From: an uncultured Syntrophomonadaceae bacterium
GTDB lineage: Bacteria; Bacillota; Dethiobacteria; DTU022
Assembly (NCBI GenBank): GCA_964458455.1
Contig: CAYWIY010000001.1
Span: 2,303 to 66,302 of the forward strand
Direction of reading: 5' to 3'
Length of the DNA: 64,000 nucleotides
The notes under the pieces are model-generated. The model was not told the DNA's origin, ran no database searches, and saw only the letters and a list, made by a program, of their open reading frames with translations. Each line of letters begins with the position of its first letter. The first letter of the stretch is position 1. Position numbers and translations under genes: made by a program. This document shows positions 19,017 through 33,614 of this stretch, in pieces.

Positions 19017-19079
19017 AAGAAATCCTTTCCATGGCTGGCTCAACTAAACTGTGCCTCTTATAACCAGCCAGTTGTTAGC

Positions 19080-21815
19080 TTATTCCTTCTCCATTTCGGC
19101 CAGCTCGCTCCTGGCCTGCTCATAATAAGCATCATCTTCGTCAACTTTTTCATAGTAATATCTTGCCCTGTCATATTCTTCCATCAGGTAATGGGCCCTT
19201 CCCAGCATAAAAGCCAATGGCTTACTGTATCCAAGGTTTTTTTCCATGAGTTCTTCCAGGTTTAAGATTTCATTCAGGTATTGATGAGCCTGGGCTTGCT
19301 CTCCTTCCTGTAAAAGAAACTCTGCAATTTGCAAACGAGATACAGCAGGCTGCAGGTAACTACTTTCCTGTCTCGGCCTTAGTTCAATGAGCCTGTCCTG
19401 GTACTCAAGGCCTTTTTCAACATCGACAAACTGCAACAGCAAGTTGCCATAGCGATTCACATAACGGGGATTATAAGGCTCAAGTTCATAAGCCTGTTCG
19501 GCCAGGGAAAGCATCCTCTCTATGTTTTCCGGTGATTCGGTTCTTCTAGCCTGATCTTCCAATAATATGTTCAAATTGTGATAATTCACCGCACTTAAAG
19601 GATCGGCGCGCATTGCCATTTCCATCTCGGTTATGGCCTGCTTATAATTATTTCTTTCCATTAACTCCTGTGATCGCCAGGTTGCATTGAGCCCGGACAG
19701 TAGCATAATGCTGTATGCCATTAAAAGCAAACCTCCGATTACCCCAAGCAACCCGGGAATAATACTTTTTTTACCGGATGACGGTACCTTTTTCTCAAAG
19801 TTCTTAAACCAGTTCCCTTGATCGAGGCTCCGGCCCACGCCGAGTAAAACAAACAGGAAAATACCGACCGCAGTCATAGAAAAGTTCCAATCTATTATGC
19901 TATGGGTTCCAAGGGCGGCAACAGGCAGAAAAGATGCAGTCCAATATTGCCAGTAAGGCTTTGAAACTTTTGCCTTCACGCAATTTTTAATAAAAGCGGC
20001 TGCAAAACTGACCCAGATGCCGACAAAAGCAATAAAACCAAGCAGACCTGCTTCAATCCAAACCTGCAGGTAATGATTATGAACTTCACTGGAACTATAT
20101 TGAATGTCCTGGTAGCTGCGGTAGAGGGCATTCCAACCGCCCCCGCCGGTACCAAACACCGGGTAATCCCTGATAATTTTTACCGCATCATGGTAGTAAT
20201 CAAACCGGCGGTCCAGGTTGCGATCCAAAGAGAAGGAGTAAAGGCGATCATAAAAACGGTCCGGCAGGATCCGGTTTGCAGTGAAGTTCAAATTATGATC
20301 ACTTTCAGCGCCGCTGAGGGTGACCTCACGAGCGGAAATCGAGGTTCCGGGATAACGATTATAGATCTGGATCCCAAGCCTCAGTGCTTCTTCGCTGGGA
20401 ACGAACGTAAATTCTTTTTGCTCCCATCCATCTGTCTCGCTACCACGATAATCTATTAATTCAATATTCTTATAGCCTTCCACACCCTCAAAGATCCTCA
20501 CACCCCAGACATATCCAGGCGATTCAGAAACCTCTTTTTGTTCGGCATTAACCTCCATGGATAAACTATATTCATTACCAGGCTGGACATCGCCTACCAG
20601 CTGCTCGACTCTCCGGGTGCTTTTCTCCTCGTCGGCAGCGCTTTCCAGCTGCACCGGGCCGGTGGCAGGCAATATTATAAGGACAACAACGGCAATTACA
20701 GCAACCAGCGCCGCAGTTCCGGCTACGGCCAACCGTACCCTGAAGGTCCTGCTTAAGTACAGCTCTGCACCAAGTCCGAGTACTATAGCAGAGACAACGG
20801 AAGCCGTAATAACCAGCCATGCCCCCAGGGGTTCGCCGGCCCTAAATGAAGGATCTGCCAAAAAGGCGGCAGGCACAGCAGTTACACCGGTGATTGCCAG
20901 GTAAAGAAAAGAACGGAGCCTTTCTCCAGGAGCAGCCGCTAATATAAGCAGTAAAGCCAATGGCGGAAGAAGCAACCAGGCTCCGCGAGAAAAAGTAAGG
21001 ATAATGGTTATTAACATCAAGGTAGAGGGAACCAGGTAAAAAATCTTATACCAACTGTTCGTTAACGGTGCCAGCCCCAGAGCAAGCAAATAAGCAGCCA
21101 TCAGGTAAGCTGCGGCAGTGTTTGCATAACCCATGGGCGATGCTATACGGGCTGAAGCATAAGCCCCCGGGAATTCCCAGTACCCTGCAGCAACACCTAG
21201 GCTGGCTATGGTCACCACAACAGCGGCTCCCAGGGCCAGATGCAGAAGCAGGCTGACACCTGGAGGAACAGAGGAAGAACTCTCCGTGGAAACCTGATCC
21301 TGCCCGGCATCATCAGGTTTATAATCACCTGTTGAGGACTTTTTAAAAGGAAAACGCCAGTAACGACATATTTCGATCGTTGCCAGGTAAACAACCAGGT
21401 AAGAAGCAATTTTAAGCAGCTCTTCCAGGGCATCTCGTTTGTGGACAGCCACAAAAAATGAAACCAGGTAGGCCAGCAGTAAAAGTAACAGGCATATATC
21501 AAGAGGTGTTTCAATCAACCGCCCGTTATTAACAGCTAAACGGAAAACACCCCATATGACCAGCAAGCCAAATACAGCTATCTGGGCAGTAAGCAACTCC
21601 TGCGGGAAAAACAAGCCTCGCTGAAAAGGTCCTACAAAAAGCAGTACAGCAATGATAGCCACCATGATCACCGGGGCTGCTGTTTCAACCCGCGTCGCCG
21701 ATCCGCCAGGCCGCCTGGTTATACCTGCTCCTGCCTTCTTAGCAGGCTTTTCACTTTTCGAATACTTGTTTTCCTGGTTTTTCTTTTTATGTTTACCCGG
21801 TTTCTTGCCTGACAT
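19080..21815 (-). CDS. large polytopic membrane protein: O-antigen-ligase/polymerase-like (Wzy_C) core with an extracytoplasmic insert and C-terminal TPR repeats
   Basis: More than 12 TM helices. The Wzy_C-type motif HNHYLQVWIEAGLLGF is present. A soluble insert of about 170 aa sits between TM blocks. The C-terminal ~220 aa is TPR-like. The N-terminal tail is Lys-rich. Start chosen at ATG 21815 with RBS GAGGAGGG. Confidence 0.6.
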   Translation of the reverse strand: MSGKKPGKHKKKNQENKYSKSEKPAKKAGAGITRRPGGSATRVETAAPVIMVAIIAVLLFVGPFQRGLFFPQELLTAQIAVFGLLVIWGVFRLAVNNGRLIETPLDICLLLLLLAYLVSFFVAVHKRDALEELLKIASYLVVYLATIEICRYWRFPFKKSSTGDYKPDDAGQDQVSTESSSSVPPGVSLLLHLALGAAVVVTIASLGVAAGYWEFPGAYASARIASPMGYANTAAAYLMAAYLLALGLAPLTNSWYKIFYLVPSTLMLITIILTFSRGAWLLLPPLALLLILAAAPGERLRSFLYLAITGVTAVPAAFLADPSFRAGEPLGAWLVITASVVSAIVLGLGAELYLSRTFRVRLAVAGTAALVAVIAVVVLIILPATGPVQLESAADEEKSTRRVEQLVGDVQPGNEYSLSMEVNAEQKEVSESPGYVWGVRIFEGVEGYKNIELIDYRGSETDGWEQKEFTFVPSEEALRLGIQIYNRYPGTSISAREVTLSGAESDHNLNFTANRILPDRFYDRLYSFSLDRNLDRRFDYYHDAVKIIRDYPVFGTGGGGWNALYRSYQDIQYSSSEVHNHYLQVWIEAGLLGFIAFVGIWVSFAAAFIKNCVKAKVSKPYWQYWTASFLPVAALGTHSIIDWNFSMTAVGIFLFVLLGVGRSLDQGNWFKNFEKKVPSSGKKSIIPGLLGVIGGLLLMAYSIMLLSGLNATWRSQELMERNNYKQAITEMEMAMRADPLSAVNYHNLNILLEDQARRTESPENIERMLSLAEQAYELEPYNPRYVNRYGNLLLQFVDVEKGLEYQDRLIELRPRQESSYLQPAVSRLQIAEFLLQEGEQAQAHQYLNEILNLEELMEKNLGYSKPLAFMLGRAHYLMEEYDRARYYYEKVDEDDAYYEQARSELAEMEKE

Positions 21816-21995
21816 TTTTCCCTCCTCAAAAAACATGGGATAGTAACTCTATCTTACAGTAGAGATCCCTGGTCTTTATTTAAATGACTGCCCGAAATAG
21901 TACGAGCAGCCATTAGTGTATTATCTAAAACACAACAAGCGATCCCTCATAAACATTTTATCCAATAATTTACATGATTATAAAGTAGCTATACA

Positions 21996-23426
21996 TTATT
22001 CTTCCTCTATATCATCTGGGACATTATCTTCATAGGTATTATCATCAGGATCACTTAGTTCTAAGACTGCATCTTCCAACACGTAGATAGCTCCGCCGCT
22101 ACTGGCCCGGTTACCTTCAAACACGTTGTTTGTTAGGGTTACAACTGCTTCTACAGCTGCATAAATGCCCCCTCCATCACGCCGGGCGTCATTGTTGTTT
22201 ATATTATTACCTTCAAAGGTTGCCGTAGCAGTCTGGATATAGACACCGGCGCCATTACGCTCCGAGTTATTTCCGGTAATATCGTTGCCCTCAAACTCGG
22301 GTGCTGATCCTTCAATAATGACAACTCCCCCACCATTTCGGGAGCGGTTATCAGAAATGACATTACCTTCAAACCGTGGGGTTGACTCCATCATGACCAG
22401 GACTCCTCCGCCGGCATCGATCGCTTCATTGCCAATCATCATATTATTCTCAAGCTGCGGTGAGGACTCGTAGAAAACTGCCATCGCACCGCCCCTTGAT
22501 TCAGCGGTGTTATCATTAAGATCATTACCCGATACAAGGGGAGAAGCTTTAAAAACATACAGGCCTCCGCCTGCCTGGTGAGCAGTATTGTCTAAAATCG
22601 TATTGTTAAATATATTTGGCTCAGCCTCAAAAATGGAAAAGCCTCCGCCGTTCTGGGCCCGGTTGTTGGAAATATTATTCGCTTCAAAAGTTGAAGCTTC
22701 ATCACCCTGGCCGCTTACAGCGACTCCGCCACCGCTTCTTTCAGCCACATTGCCGGAGATTTCATTATCACTGACACTGGCAGCTGTTGCGTGAGCAAGG
22801 AACAATCCTCCACCGCCGCCAGTCGAAGTATTGTCGCTGATCCTGTTGTTATTTATGACCGGGGATGAATCATGAACCATGATCCCCCCGCCTCTTTCAG
22901 CCACATTTTTAACAAAATCATTATTTTCCACGGTAGGTGAGCTTTCGTTCATGATGATCATTCCTCCACCATAATACGCGCCTTCCTCCCTGGTTTCTCC
23001 TTCAACAGTGAACTCAAGCGTGGCCCTTTTACCGCCACCGCCGGTGATGGTAAAACCTGAAATCATTGCTCCTTCATTTTCTCCATTTTCAAATGTGACC
23101 ACGGACCCGGTGCGCCCACCGTCTATGACTGTCTGCTCCCTGACTTCGGGATCTTCTGGAGCGGTGCTGCGCAGGGTGATATTTTTCCCCTCAAAATTTA
23201 TGTTCTCATTATAGGTTCCTGTTTTGACAACAATAACATCCCCATCTTCCGCTGCATCTATGGCACCCTGAATTGATGAGTAGTCGTCTGGCACAGTTAT
23301 CGCACCCTCTTCAATTGCTCCGTTCCCCGCACCTTCATCACACCCGGAAAGCACGGAAAACATTGTGATTAGCATTAACGCCATCAGCGCAATGCTAATA
23401 GGGTGCCTGCTAATACTTCTATTCAT
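21996..23426 (-). CDS. lipoprotein with right-handed parallel beta-helix (PbH1) repeats
   Basis: Lipobox LSGC. There are more than 12 tandem repeats of about 22 aa with N-x-I/F-x-x-N and GGG motifs (…NNISNNRAQNGGG…, …GNVISDNRSRNGGG…), typical of pectate-lyase-fold or NosD-like proteins. Confidence 0.65.
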   Translation of the reverse strand: MNRSISRHPISIALMALMLITMFSVLSGCDEGAGNGAIEEGAITVPDDYSSIQGAIDAAEDGDVIVVKTGTYNENINFEGKNITLRSTAPEDPEVREQTVIDGGRTGSVVTFENGENEGAMISGFTITGGGGKRATLEFTVEGETREEGAYYGGGMIIMNESSPTVENNDFVKNVAERGGGIMVHDSSPVINNNRISDNTSTGGGGGLFLAHATAASVSDNEISGNVAERSGGGVAVSGQGDEASTFEANNISNNRAQNGGGFSIFEAEPNIFNNTILDNTAHQAGGGLYVFKASPLVSGNDLNDNTAESRGGAMAVFYESSPQLENNMMIGNEAIDAGGGVLVMMESTPRFEGNVISDNRSRNGGGVVIIEGSAPEFEGNDITGNNSERNGAGVYIQTATATFEGNNINNNDARRDGGGIYAAVEAVVTLTNNVFEGNRASSGGAIYVLEDAVLELSDPDDNTYEDNVPDDIEEE

Positions 23427-23510
23427 TTAAAGACCTCCATTCTGCTCTTACGTTTTAGACATCTATGATAAAGGTTTTCAGGCAATCCTCAACGCCCGAA
23501 AACCCCTACC

Positions 23511-23586
23511 TGGTGGACGTGAGGGGATTCGAACCCCTGACCTCTTGAATGCGAGCCAAGTGCTCTCCCAACTGAGCTACACGCCC
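23511..23586 (-). tRNA. tRNA-Ala (anticodon CGC), CCA encoded
   Basis: GGGCGTGTAGCTCAGTTGGGAGAGCACTTGGCTCGCATTCAAGAGGTCAGGGGTTCGAATCCCCTCACGTCCACCA. The G3:U70 identity pair is present and the anticodon loop is CTCGCAT. Confidence 0.9.
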
Positions 23587-23624
23587 TCGCAGACGTATTA
23601 TAGCAAATAGCGATCTATTAAGCA

Positions 23625-23656
23625 ATAGAATCAATGTAGCATAGAATCAATGTAGT
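23625..23656 (+). repeat. tandem 16-nt direct repeat (ATAGAATCAATGTAGY x2)
   Basis: Two adjacent, near-identical 16-mers that run into the 5' arm of hairpin copy A. Confidence 0.4.
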
Positions 23657-23679
23657 AATAACTCCGTCCCCTTGCTACA
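23651..23679. repeat. 29-nt hairpin repeat, copy A (TGTAGTAATAACTCCGTCCCCTTGCTACA)
   Basis: Stem GTAGTAA/TTGCTAC with a CCCCGTCCCC-containing loop. It is about 80% identical to copies at 26636..26663 and 26671..26699. Confidence 0.4.
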
Positions 23680-23755
23680 CCGTCTTTTACTACTTTGCTA
23701 TTTCGAAATAGAAGAATTTATATTGACAATGTAAGATTTTTGTTGTACCTTTGAG

Positions 23756-23770
23756 TCAATAATTATTACA
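23756..23770 (+). promoter_or_regulatory. Fur-family (PerR-type) operator candidate in the perR promoter
   Basis: Perfect 10-nt palindrome AATAATTATT within tcAATAATTATTaca, resembling the TTATAATNATTATAA Per/Fur box. It lies about 25 nt upstream of the perR start, and a second TTATTACAAA half-site sits 14 nt further downstream. Confidence 0.45.
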
Positions 23771-23791
23771 AATTTCAACTTATTACAAACA

Positions 23792-26448
<2,657 letters not shown>

Positions 26449-26485
26449 GACTTAGCTCAGTCTAAGTAAATGGAGCTTTCATGAT

Positions 26486-26516
26486 AAAACCCCTTGAAAT
26501 CAAGGGGTTTTATTAT
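26486..26516 (+). terminator. Rho-independent terminator after katG
   Basis: AAAACCCCTTGA-AAT-TCAAGGGGTTTT followed by ATTATAT. Confidence 0.6.
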
Positions 26517-26623
26517 ATCACAAAAAAAAAGGCAGGGTTCAACCCCTGTTAAAAGCCATATATACCTTATATACTTTTGTTACATAAATAGCAACATTAT
26601 CGTGGAGTAAGTGAAACACCGTT

Positions 26624-26699
26624 AAAAAAACAATCTAGCAATAACCCCGTCCCCTTGGTACATAAAAAAATGTAGCAACATCCCCGTCTCTTTGCTACA
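26624..26699 (-). terminator. tandem ssrA terminators built from hairpin-repeat copies B and C
   Basis: Read on the minus strand: TGTAGCAAAGAGACGGGGATGTTGCTACA followed by TTTTTTT (copy C, 26671..26699). A weaker copy B follows (TGTACCAAGGGGACGGGGTTATTGCTAG…TTTTTTTT). Confidence 0.55.
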
Positions 26700-26713
26700 C
26701 TTTCACTTAGATT

Positions 26714-27065
26714 GGTGGAGGCGGCGGGAATCGAACCCGCGTCCGAAGGCCTGGCTGCAGAAGCCTCTACAAGCTTAGTCCCGGCTTTGTTTCTCACGCT
26801 GCCGGCTCCCCGGAACAGGATCCGACTGCGCCAGTCCCTTTAGGTTTCCCGCAACAGCGGAGGGACACCCGCTGTAACGGTAGGCCGGTTTTTTGACACC
26901 CCTGTTCTTTCCCCCGGCCAGGGAAAGGAGGGATGCGCTGCTTTATTTAAGCAGCGAGTGCGTAATTCGGTTTGGCGTCTATAGCCGTTCCATGTTTTAT
27001 CCAGGTCATGGTCCTGGGCTTGCAGCTTCTGCTTCCAACGACCCTCGTCGAATCCTTACGCCCCC
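26714..27065 (-). ncRNA. ssrA: tmRNA (transfer-messenger RNA)
   Basis: 5' end GGGGGCGTAAGGATTCGACG. 3' tRNA-like end GGACGCGGGTTCGATTCCCGCCGCCTCCACCA with a G3:U70 pair. Internal tag reading frame …GCC AAA CCG AAT TAC GCA CTC GCT GCT TAA gives AKPNYALAA. smpB lies immediately upstream. Confidence 0.9.
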
Positions 27066-27078
27066 ATGCTTTGGGAAC

Positions 27079-27555
27079 TTAAATCTTTTCCTTGATGACC
27101 TTATCTTTCATGTCTCGTTCCATTTCACGCTTGCGGTCACGCTCGGCTATATCGCGCCGTTTATCATACTTCTTCTTACCCCTGGCCAGGCCCAGTTCCA
27201 CCTTGACCAGGCCCTGTCTTAAATAAATCTTTAGGGGTATCAAAGCGTAGCCCTTTTCTTTGACTTTCCCGACCAACCTGCCGATCTCTGCTTTGTGCAT
27301 CAGCAGCTTACGCGTCCGCACCGGATCATGATTAAAGCGGTTGCCCGGATCATATTGGCTTACATGCATATTATACAAGAAAAGTTCGCCACCTTCAACC
27401 TTCGCATAGCTGTCCTTGAGGTTGACCTTGCTGTTGCGTATAGATTTGACTTCAGTGCCGGTAAGGACTATCCCCGCTTCAAAACTGTCCTCAATGTGAA
27501 AATCATGCCTTGCTTTTCGGTTGGTGCTTACAACTTTGATCGTGTTATCGCTCAA
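27079..27555 (-). CDS. smpB: SsrA-binding protein SmpB
   Basis: 158 aa. The N-terminal stretch …[25 protein letters not shown]… and a Lys/Arg-rich C-terminal tail are typical of SmpB. Confidence 0.95.
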   Translation of the reverse strand: MSDNTIKVVSTNRKARHDFHIEDSFEAGIVLTGTEVKSIRNSKVNLKDSYAKVEGGELFLYNMHVSQYDPGNRFNHDPVRTRKLLMHKAEIGRLVGKVKEKGYALIPLKIYLRQGLVKVELGLARGKKKYDKRRDIAERDRKREMERDMKDKVIKEKI

Positions 27556-27581
27556 TTTAACTCATTCCCCTTGCCACATTT

Positions 27582-28124
27582 TTACCCGGTATATGAACGG
27601 CCCCATTCTTCGGCATAGGTTATTTCGGACAGATCCTTGCGCGGCCGCGGGGAGGGCTGTTTTTCCGGCACCCCGACAGGAGTAATGGCCACTACCCTGT
27701 ACTCCGGCGGCACCGCACAGGCTTCACGAATAGTGGCTTCATCAAACCAGGCCACCCAGCAGGTGCCCAGTCCTTCGGCATTGGCGGCCAGCATCAGCTG
27801 CTGCATGGCCAGCCCGGAATCGAGCAAATAATAATCTTTGCCGTCCTGTTTCCCGGATCCTTCCGGGTCTGCACACAGCACAATTACTACCGGGGCCGTC
27901 TCGCCTACTGCTTTGCGGGCAGGGTTGTCTTTCGGCATGGCCGAAGCAAGCTTTTCCTTCTTTTCCGGATCCTTTACCACTATAAACCTCCAGCACTGCT
28001 TGTTAGCCCATGAGGGAGCCAGCCTTCCTGCCTCGAGCAGACGGTTGAGCTTATCTTCTGGCACGGGATCGGAGGTATATTTCCTCACACTTCTTCTTTC
28101 CTTCAAAGCTTCATAAATATCCAT
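27582..28124 (-). CDS. nitroreductase-family protein
   Basis: N-terminal RRSVRKY motif and an NAD(P)H-nitroreductase fold pattern. 180 aa. Confidence 0.8.
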   Translation of the reverse strand: MDIYEALKERRSVRKYTSDPVPEDKLNRLLEAGRLAPSWANKQCWRFIVVKDPEKKEKLASAMPKDNPARKAVGETAPVVIVLCADPEGSGKQDGKDYYLLDSGLAMQQLMLAANAEGLGTCWVAWFDEATIREACAVPPEYRVVAITPVGVPEKQPSPRPRKDLSEITYAEEWGRSYTG

Positions 28125-30287
28125 TTAAACAGCTTCCTCCTTTTCTGCAGGGGCAAAAGTTACTTTTCCTTCTTCTTTACTGGCCCTGATTACCTGCACC
28201 TGGATACTGTCACCTAAACGATAAGTTTTCCGGGTTCTTTCACCAACTAATTGGGACGCTTTTTCGTTATAGATATAGTAATCGTCACTTAACTCTGTTA
28301 CCGGGATCATTCCCTCTACCGTATTGTCCAGCTCGACAAAAACACCGAAGTGGGTAACTCCATTGATAATACCGGTGTATACTTCACCGATCCTTTGCTC
28401 CATGTACTGCGCTTTTTTCATATCTAAACTGGCCCGCTCGGCCTCCACGGCTGCCCGCTCTCTTTCTGAAGACTGCTGGGCAATGGCCGGCAGGCGGGAC
28501 TGCAGGCGCCTGGCTTTTTCCTTAGAATAGCCGCCCGGCAGCAGGTGCTGCTTCAAAATCCGGTGCACTACCAGGTCCGGGTAGCGCCGGATCGGAGAAG
28601 TGAAATGGCAATAGCACTCAGAAGCAAGGCCAAAATGCCCTTCATTAAAAGCACTGTAAATAGCCTGTGGCAGTGAACGCAGGACCAGGTAACGGACCAA
28701 TTTTTCCGTTTTTTCCCCCCTGGTTTCTTCAAGCAATTTATTCAGGTCTTCAGGCCTGAGCTGCTTAAACTTAGCTGCAGCCTTAACATTCATCAAGGTC
28801 AGGGTTTCTCTCAGCATGGCCAGCTTCTCATCCATGGGCACGGCATGAATCCGGTAAATACAGGGCAGACCCTTTTCTTCCAGGTATTCGGCAACGGTTT
28901 CGTTGCAGTAAATCATAAATTCCTCGATCAGCGATTCTGACTGCCCCATGACCCGCTTTCCGATTTTTAGGGGGACTCCTTCTTCGTCCACCTCGATCCT
29001 TGCTTCCGGGATCTCAAGATCAAGGCTGCCGCGCTGCATCCGCCGTTCCCTGAGCTTTTTAGCCAGTTCGGCCATCCGGTCAATCATATCGGCGACGCTT
29101 CGATCGTTAAAGACCGAGGCATCTTCCCTGCCGGACAGGTAGGCCTCAACCTGCTGGTACGAAAGGCGCTCATCAACCCTGATCAGGCTGGGTTTGAAGG
29201 CTGCTTCGACCAGGTTTCCTTCCGCGTCTAGATCCATTATAACACTTACAGCCAGGCGATCTTTACCGGACTGCAGGCTGCATAATTTTTCTGATAGCCC
29301 GGAAGGGAGCATATGGATGGCCCTTTCAACCAGGTAGATGCTGGTTCCGCGCTTTAATGCTTCCCGGTCTATCGGTTTGCCCTGGCGGACATACTGGGAC
29401 ACGTCGGCGATATGGACTCCCAACCGGTAAACGCCGCCGTCACCTTCTTCCAGGGAGACGGCATCGTCAAAGTCACGGGCCTGTTCATCGTCAATGGTCA
29501 CCATTTGCATCTTTTTCAAGTCGGCCCGCTTCTGTTCTTTGGCCAGGCGCGGTATGTCTTCTTCCCCGGGCAAATTCTCCAGTTCCTTTAAGGCCTGGGG
29601 TGGGTGTTCACCGGGCAGTTCAAAACGGCGCTGAAAAGTAACCTGCTCGGTATGCAGGCTGCCTACCGGCCCGATATATTCAACCAGTTTACCCCGGGCC
29701 GCCTTCTTTCCCCGGGCCCACCTTTCAATCTCAACAACCACTTTGTCCCCGATTTCGGCTTCCTTCATGCCCTTCAGGGGCACCTGTATAGGCCCTGGAA
29801 AACGCTGATCGTCAGGAATAACATAGTATTTCTTACCTTCCCGGTGCAGGGTGCCGACCAGCCGCCTGCTGCCCCGCTTGAGGATTCCGATCACGGTCCC
29901 TTCTCTTTTCCGGCGGCCCTTTCTGCGATCAAGCTTAACCATGACCCTGTCGCCGTGAGCGGCGTCATTGAGGTTGTTTGGGCTGATAAAAACATCCTCG
30001 CGCTGCTGTTCAGGACGCAGGAAAGCAAAGCCGCGCCGGTTTCCTTCCAGGACACCGGTCAAAATCCCCAGCTTTTCGGGCAAACCGTAACGATTCCCCT
30101 CAGTCCTGATCACCAGTCCCTCACTGCTCATTTTTTTCAGCTCGTCTTTGACGATGCTTTTATCGTTTTTATCCATTTCGAGGCCGGCCAGGATTTGTTT
30201 TAAAGAGAGCGACTGCTGACGGCTTCTTCCAAGCAAATCGAGGATCTTTTCTCTTAAAATACCGGCTGTATTTTTATGTTTTTTCAA
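28125..30287 (-). CDS. rnr: ribonuclease R
   Basis: HTH/cold-shock N-terminal region, an RNB catalytic domain, a C-terminal S1 domain (…GEVYTGIINGVTHFGVFVEL…) and a basic tail. The ORF extends to 30419, but the first ~44 codons look non-native. The likely start is TTG at 30287 with GGAGTG upstream. Confidence 0.9.
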   Translation of the reverse strand: MKKHKNTAGILREKILDLLGRSRQQSLSLKQILAGLEMDKNDKSIVKDELKKMSSEGLVIRTEGNRYGLPEKLGILTGVLEGNRRGFAFLRPEQQREDVFISPNNLNDAAHGDRVMVKLDRRKGRRKREGTVIGILKRGSRRLVGTLHREGKKYYVIPDDQRFPGPIQVPLKGMKEAEIGDKVVVEIERWARGKKAARGKLVEYIGPVGSLHTEQVTFQRRFELPGEHPPQALKELENLPGEEDIPRLAKEQKRADLKKMQMVTIDDEQARDFDDAVSLEEGDGGVYRLGVHIADVSQYVRQGKPIDREALKRGTSIYLVERAIHMLPSGLSEKLCSLQSGKDRLAVSVIMDLDAEGNLVEAAFKPSLIRVDERLSYQQVEAYLSGREDASVFNDRSVADMIDRMAELAKKLRERRMQRGSLDLEIPEARIEVDEEGVPLKIGKRVMGQSESLIEEFMIYCNETVAEYLEEKGLPCIYRIHAVPMDEKLAMLRETLTLMNVKAAAKFKQLRPEDLNKLLEETRGEKTEKLVRYLVLRSLPQAIYSAFNEGHFGLASECYCHFTSPIRRYPDLVVHRILKQHLLPGGYSKEKARRLQSRLPAIAQQSSERERAAVEAERASLDMKKAQYMEQRIGEVYTGIINGVTHFGVFVELDNTVEGMIPVTELSDDYYIYNEKASQLVGERTRKTYRLGDSIQVQVIRASKEEGKVTFAPAEKEEAV

Positions 30288-30437
30288 AACTATTAATTTA
30301 CACTCCTTTACCCGGGCCCGTTTTTCTAAGATGGACTTGCAACTCCTGAACCGGGATAAGCGGCTGCCTTGTGATTTACACTGCCGGGTCCACAGTAGTT
30401 TTAATCGCCTGGTTAACATCTATGCCGGGCGCATAAT

Positions 30438-30467
30438 GAAAAAGCAGGGGCCGTAGAGCTCCCTGCC
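30438..30467 (-). terminator. candidate terminator after secG
   Basis: Minus strand: GCAGGG-agctctacgg-CCCCTGC followed by TTTTTCATT. Confidence 0.4.
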
Positions 30468-30494
30468 GGTAGTCAAGATATTATGTCAGACTGT

Positions 30495-30716
30495 TTAAAC
30501 CACGACCATTATAATCGTGAAAAGCATAAAGCCTATCGCCAGGTACTGGGTCACTTTACCCAGGGTTTCATCAAGCCCTTTCTTCTTACCGACCAGGGAT
30601 TGAGCGCCACCGGCAATAGCGCCGAGACCCGCGCTGCGGCCTGACTGTAAAAGCACTGTTGCGATGAGAGCGATACATAATACCAGGTAAATTATATTTA
30701 TTACAGTCTCGATCAT
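30495..30716 (-). CDS. secG: preprotein translocase subunit SecG
   Basis: About 73 aa 2-TM protein containing LLQSGRSAGLG. Start at ATG 30716 with GGAGG 7 nt upstream. Confidence 0.85.
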   Translation of the reverse strand: MIETVINIIYLVLCIALIATVLLQSGRSAGLGAIAGGAQSLVGKKKGLDETLGKVTQYLAIGFMLFTIIMVVV

Positions 30717-30790
30717 CTTAAAACCTCCAGCATTTATCACTATATGTTAAGCACACGATATTTTAACATATAAACGCAGCTTTGACAAAC

Positions 30791-33610
<2,820 letters not shown>

Positions 33611-33614
<4 letters not shown>

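Noticed and set aside
26714-26790. tRNA-Ala-like sequence with G3:U70 and a TPsiC arm
   Set aside because: It is the tRNA-like 3' domain of tmRNA (paired with the 5' GGGGGCG at 27059..27065), not an independent tRNA gene.
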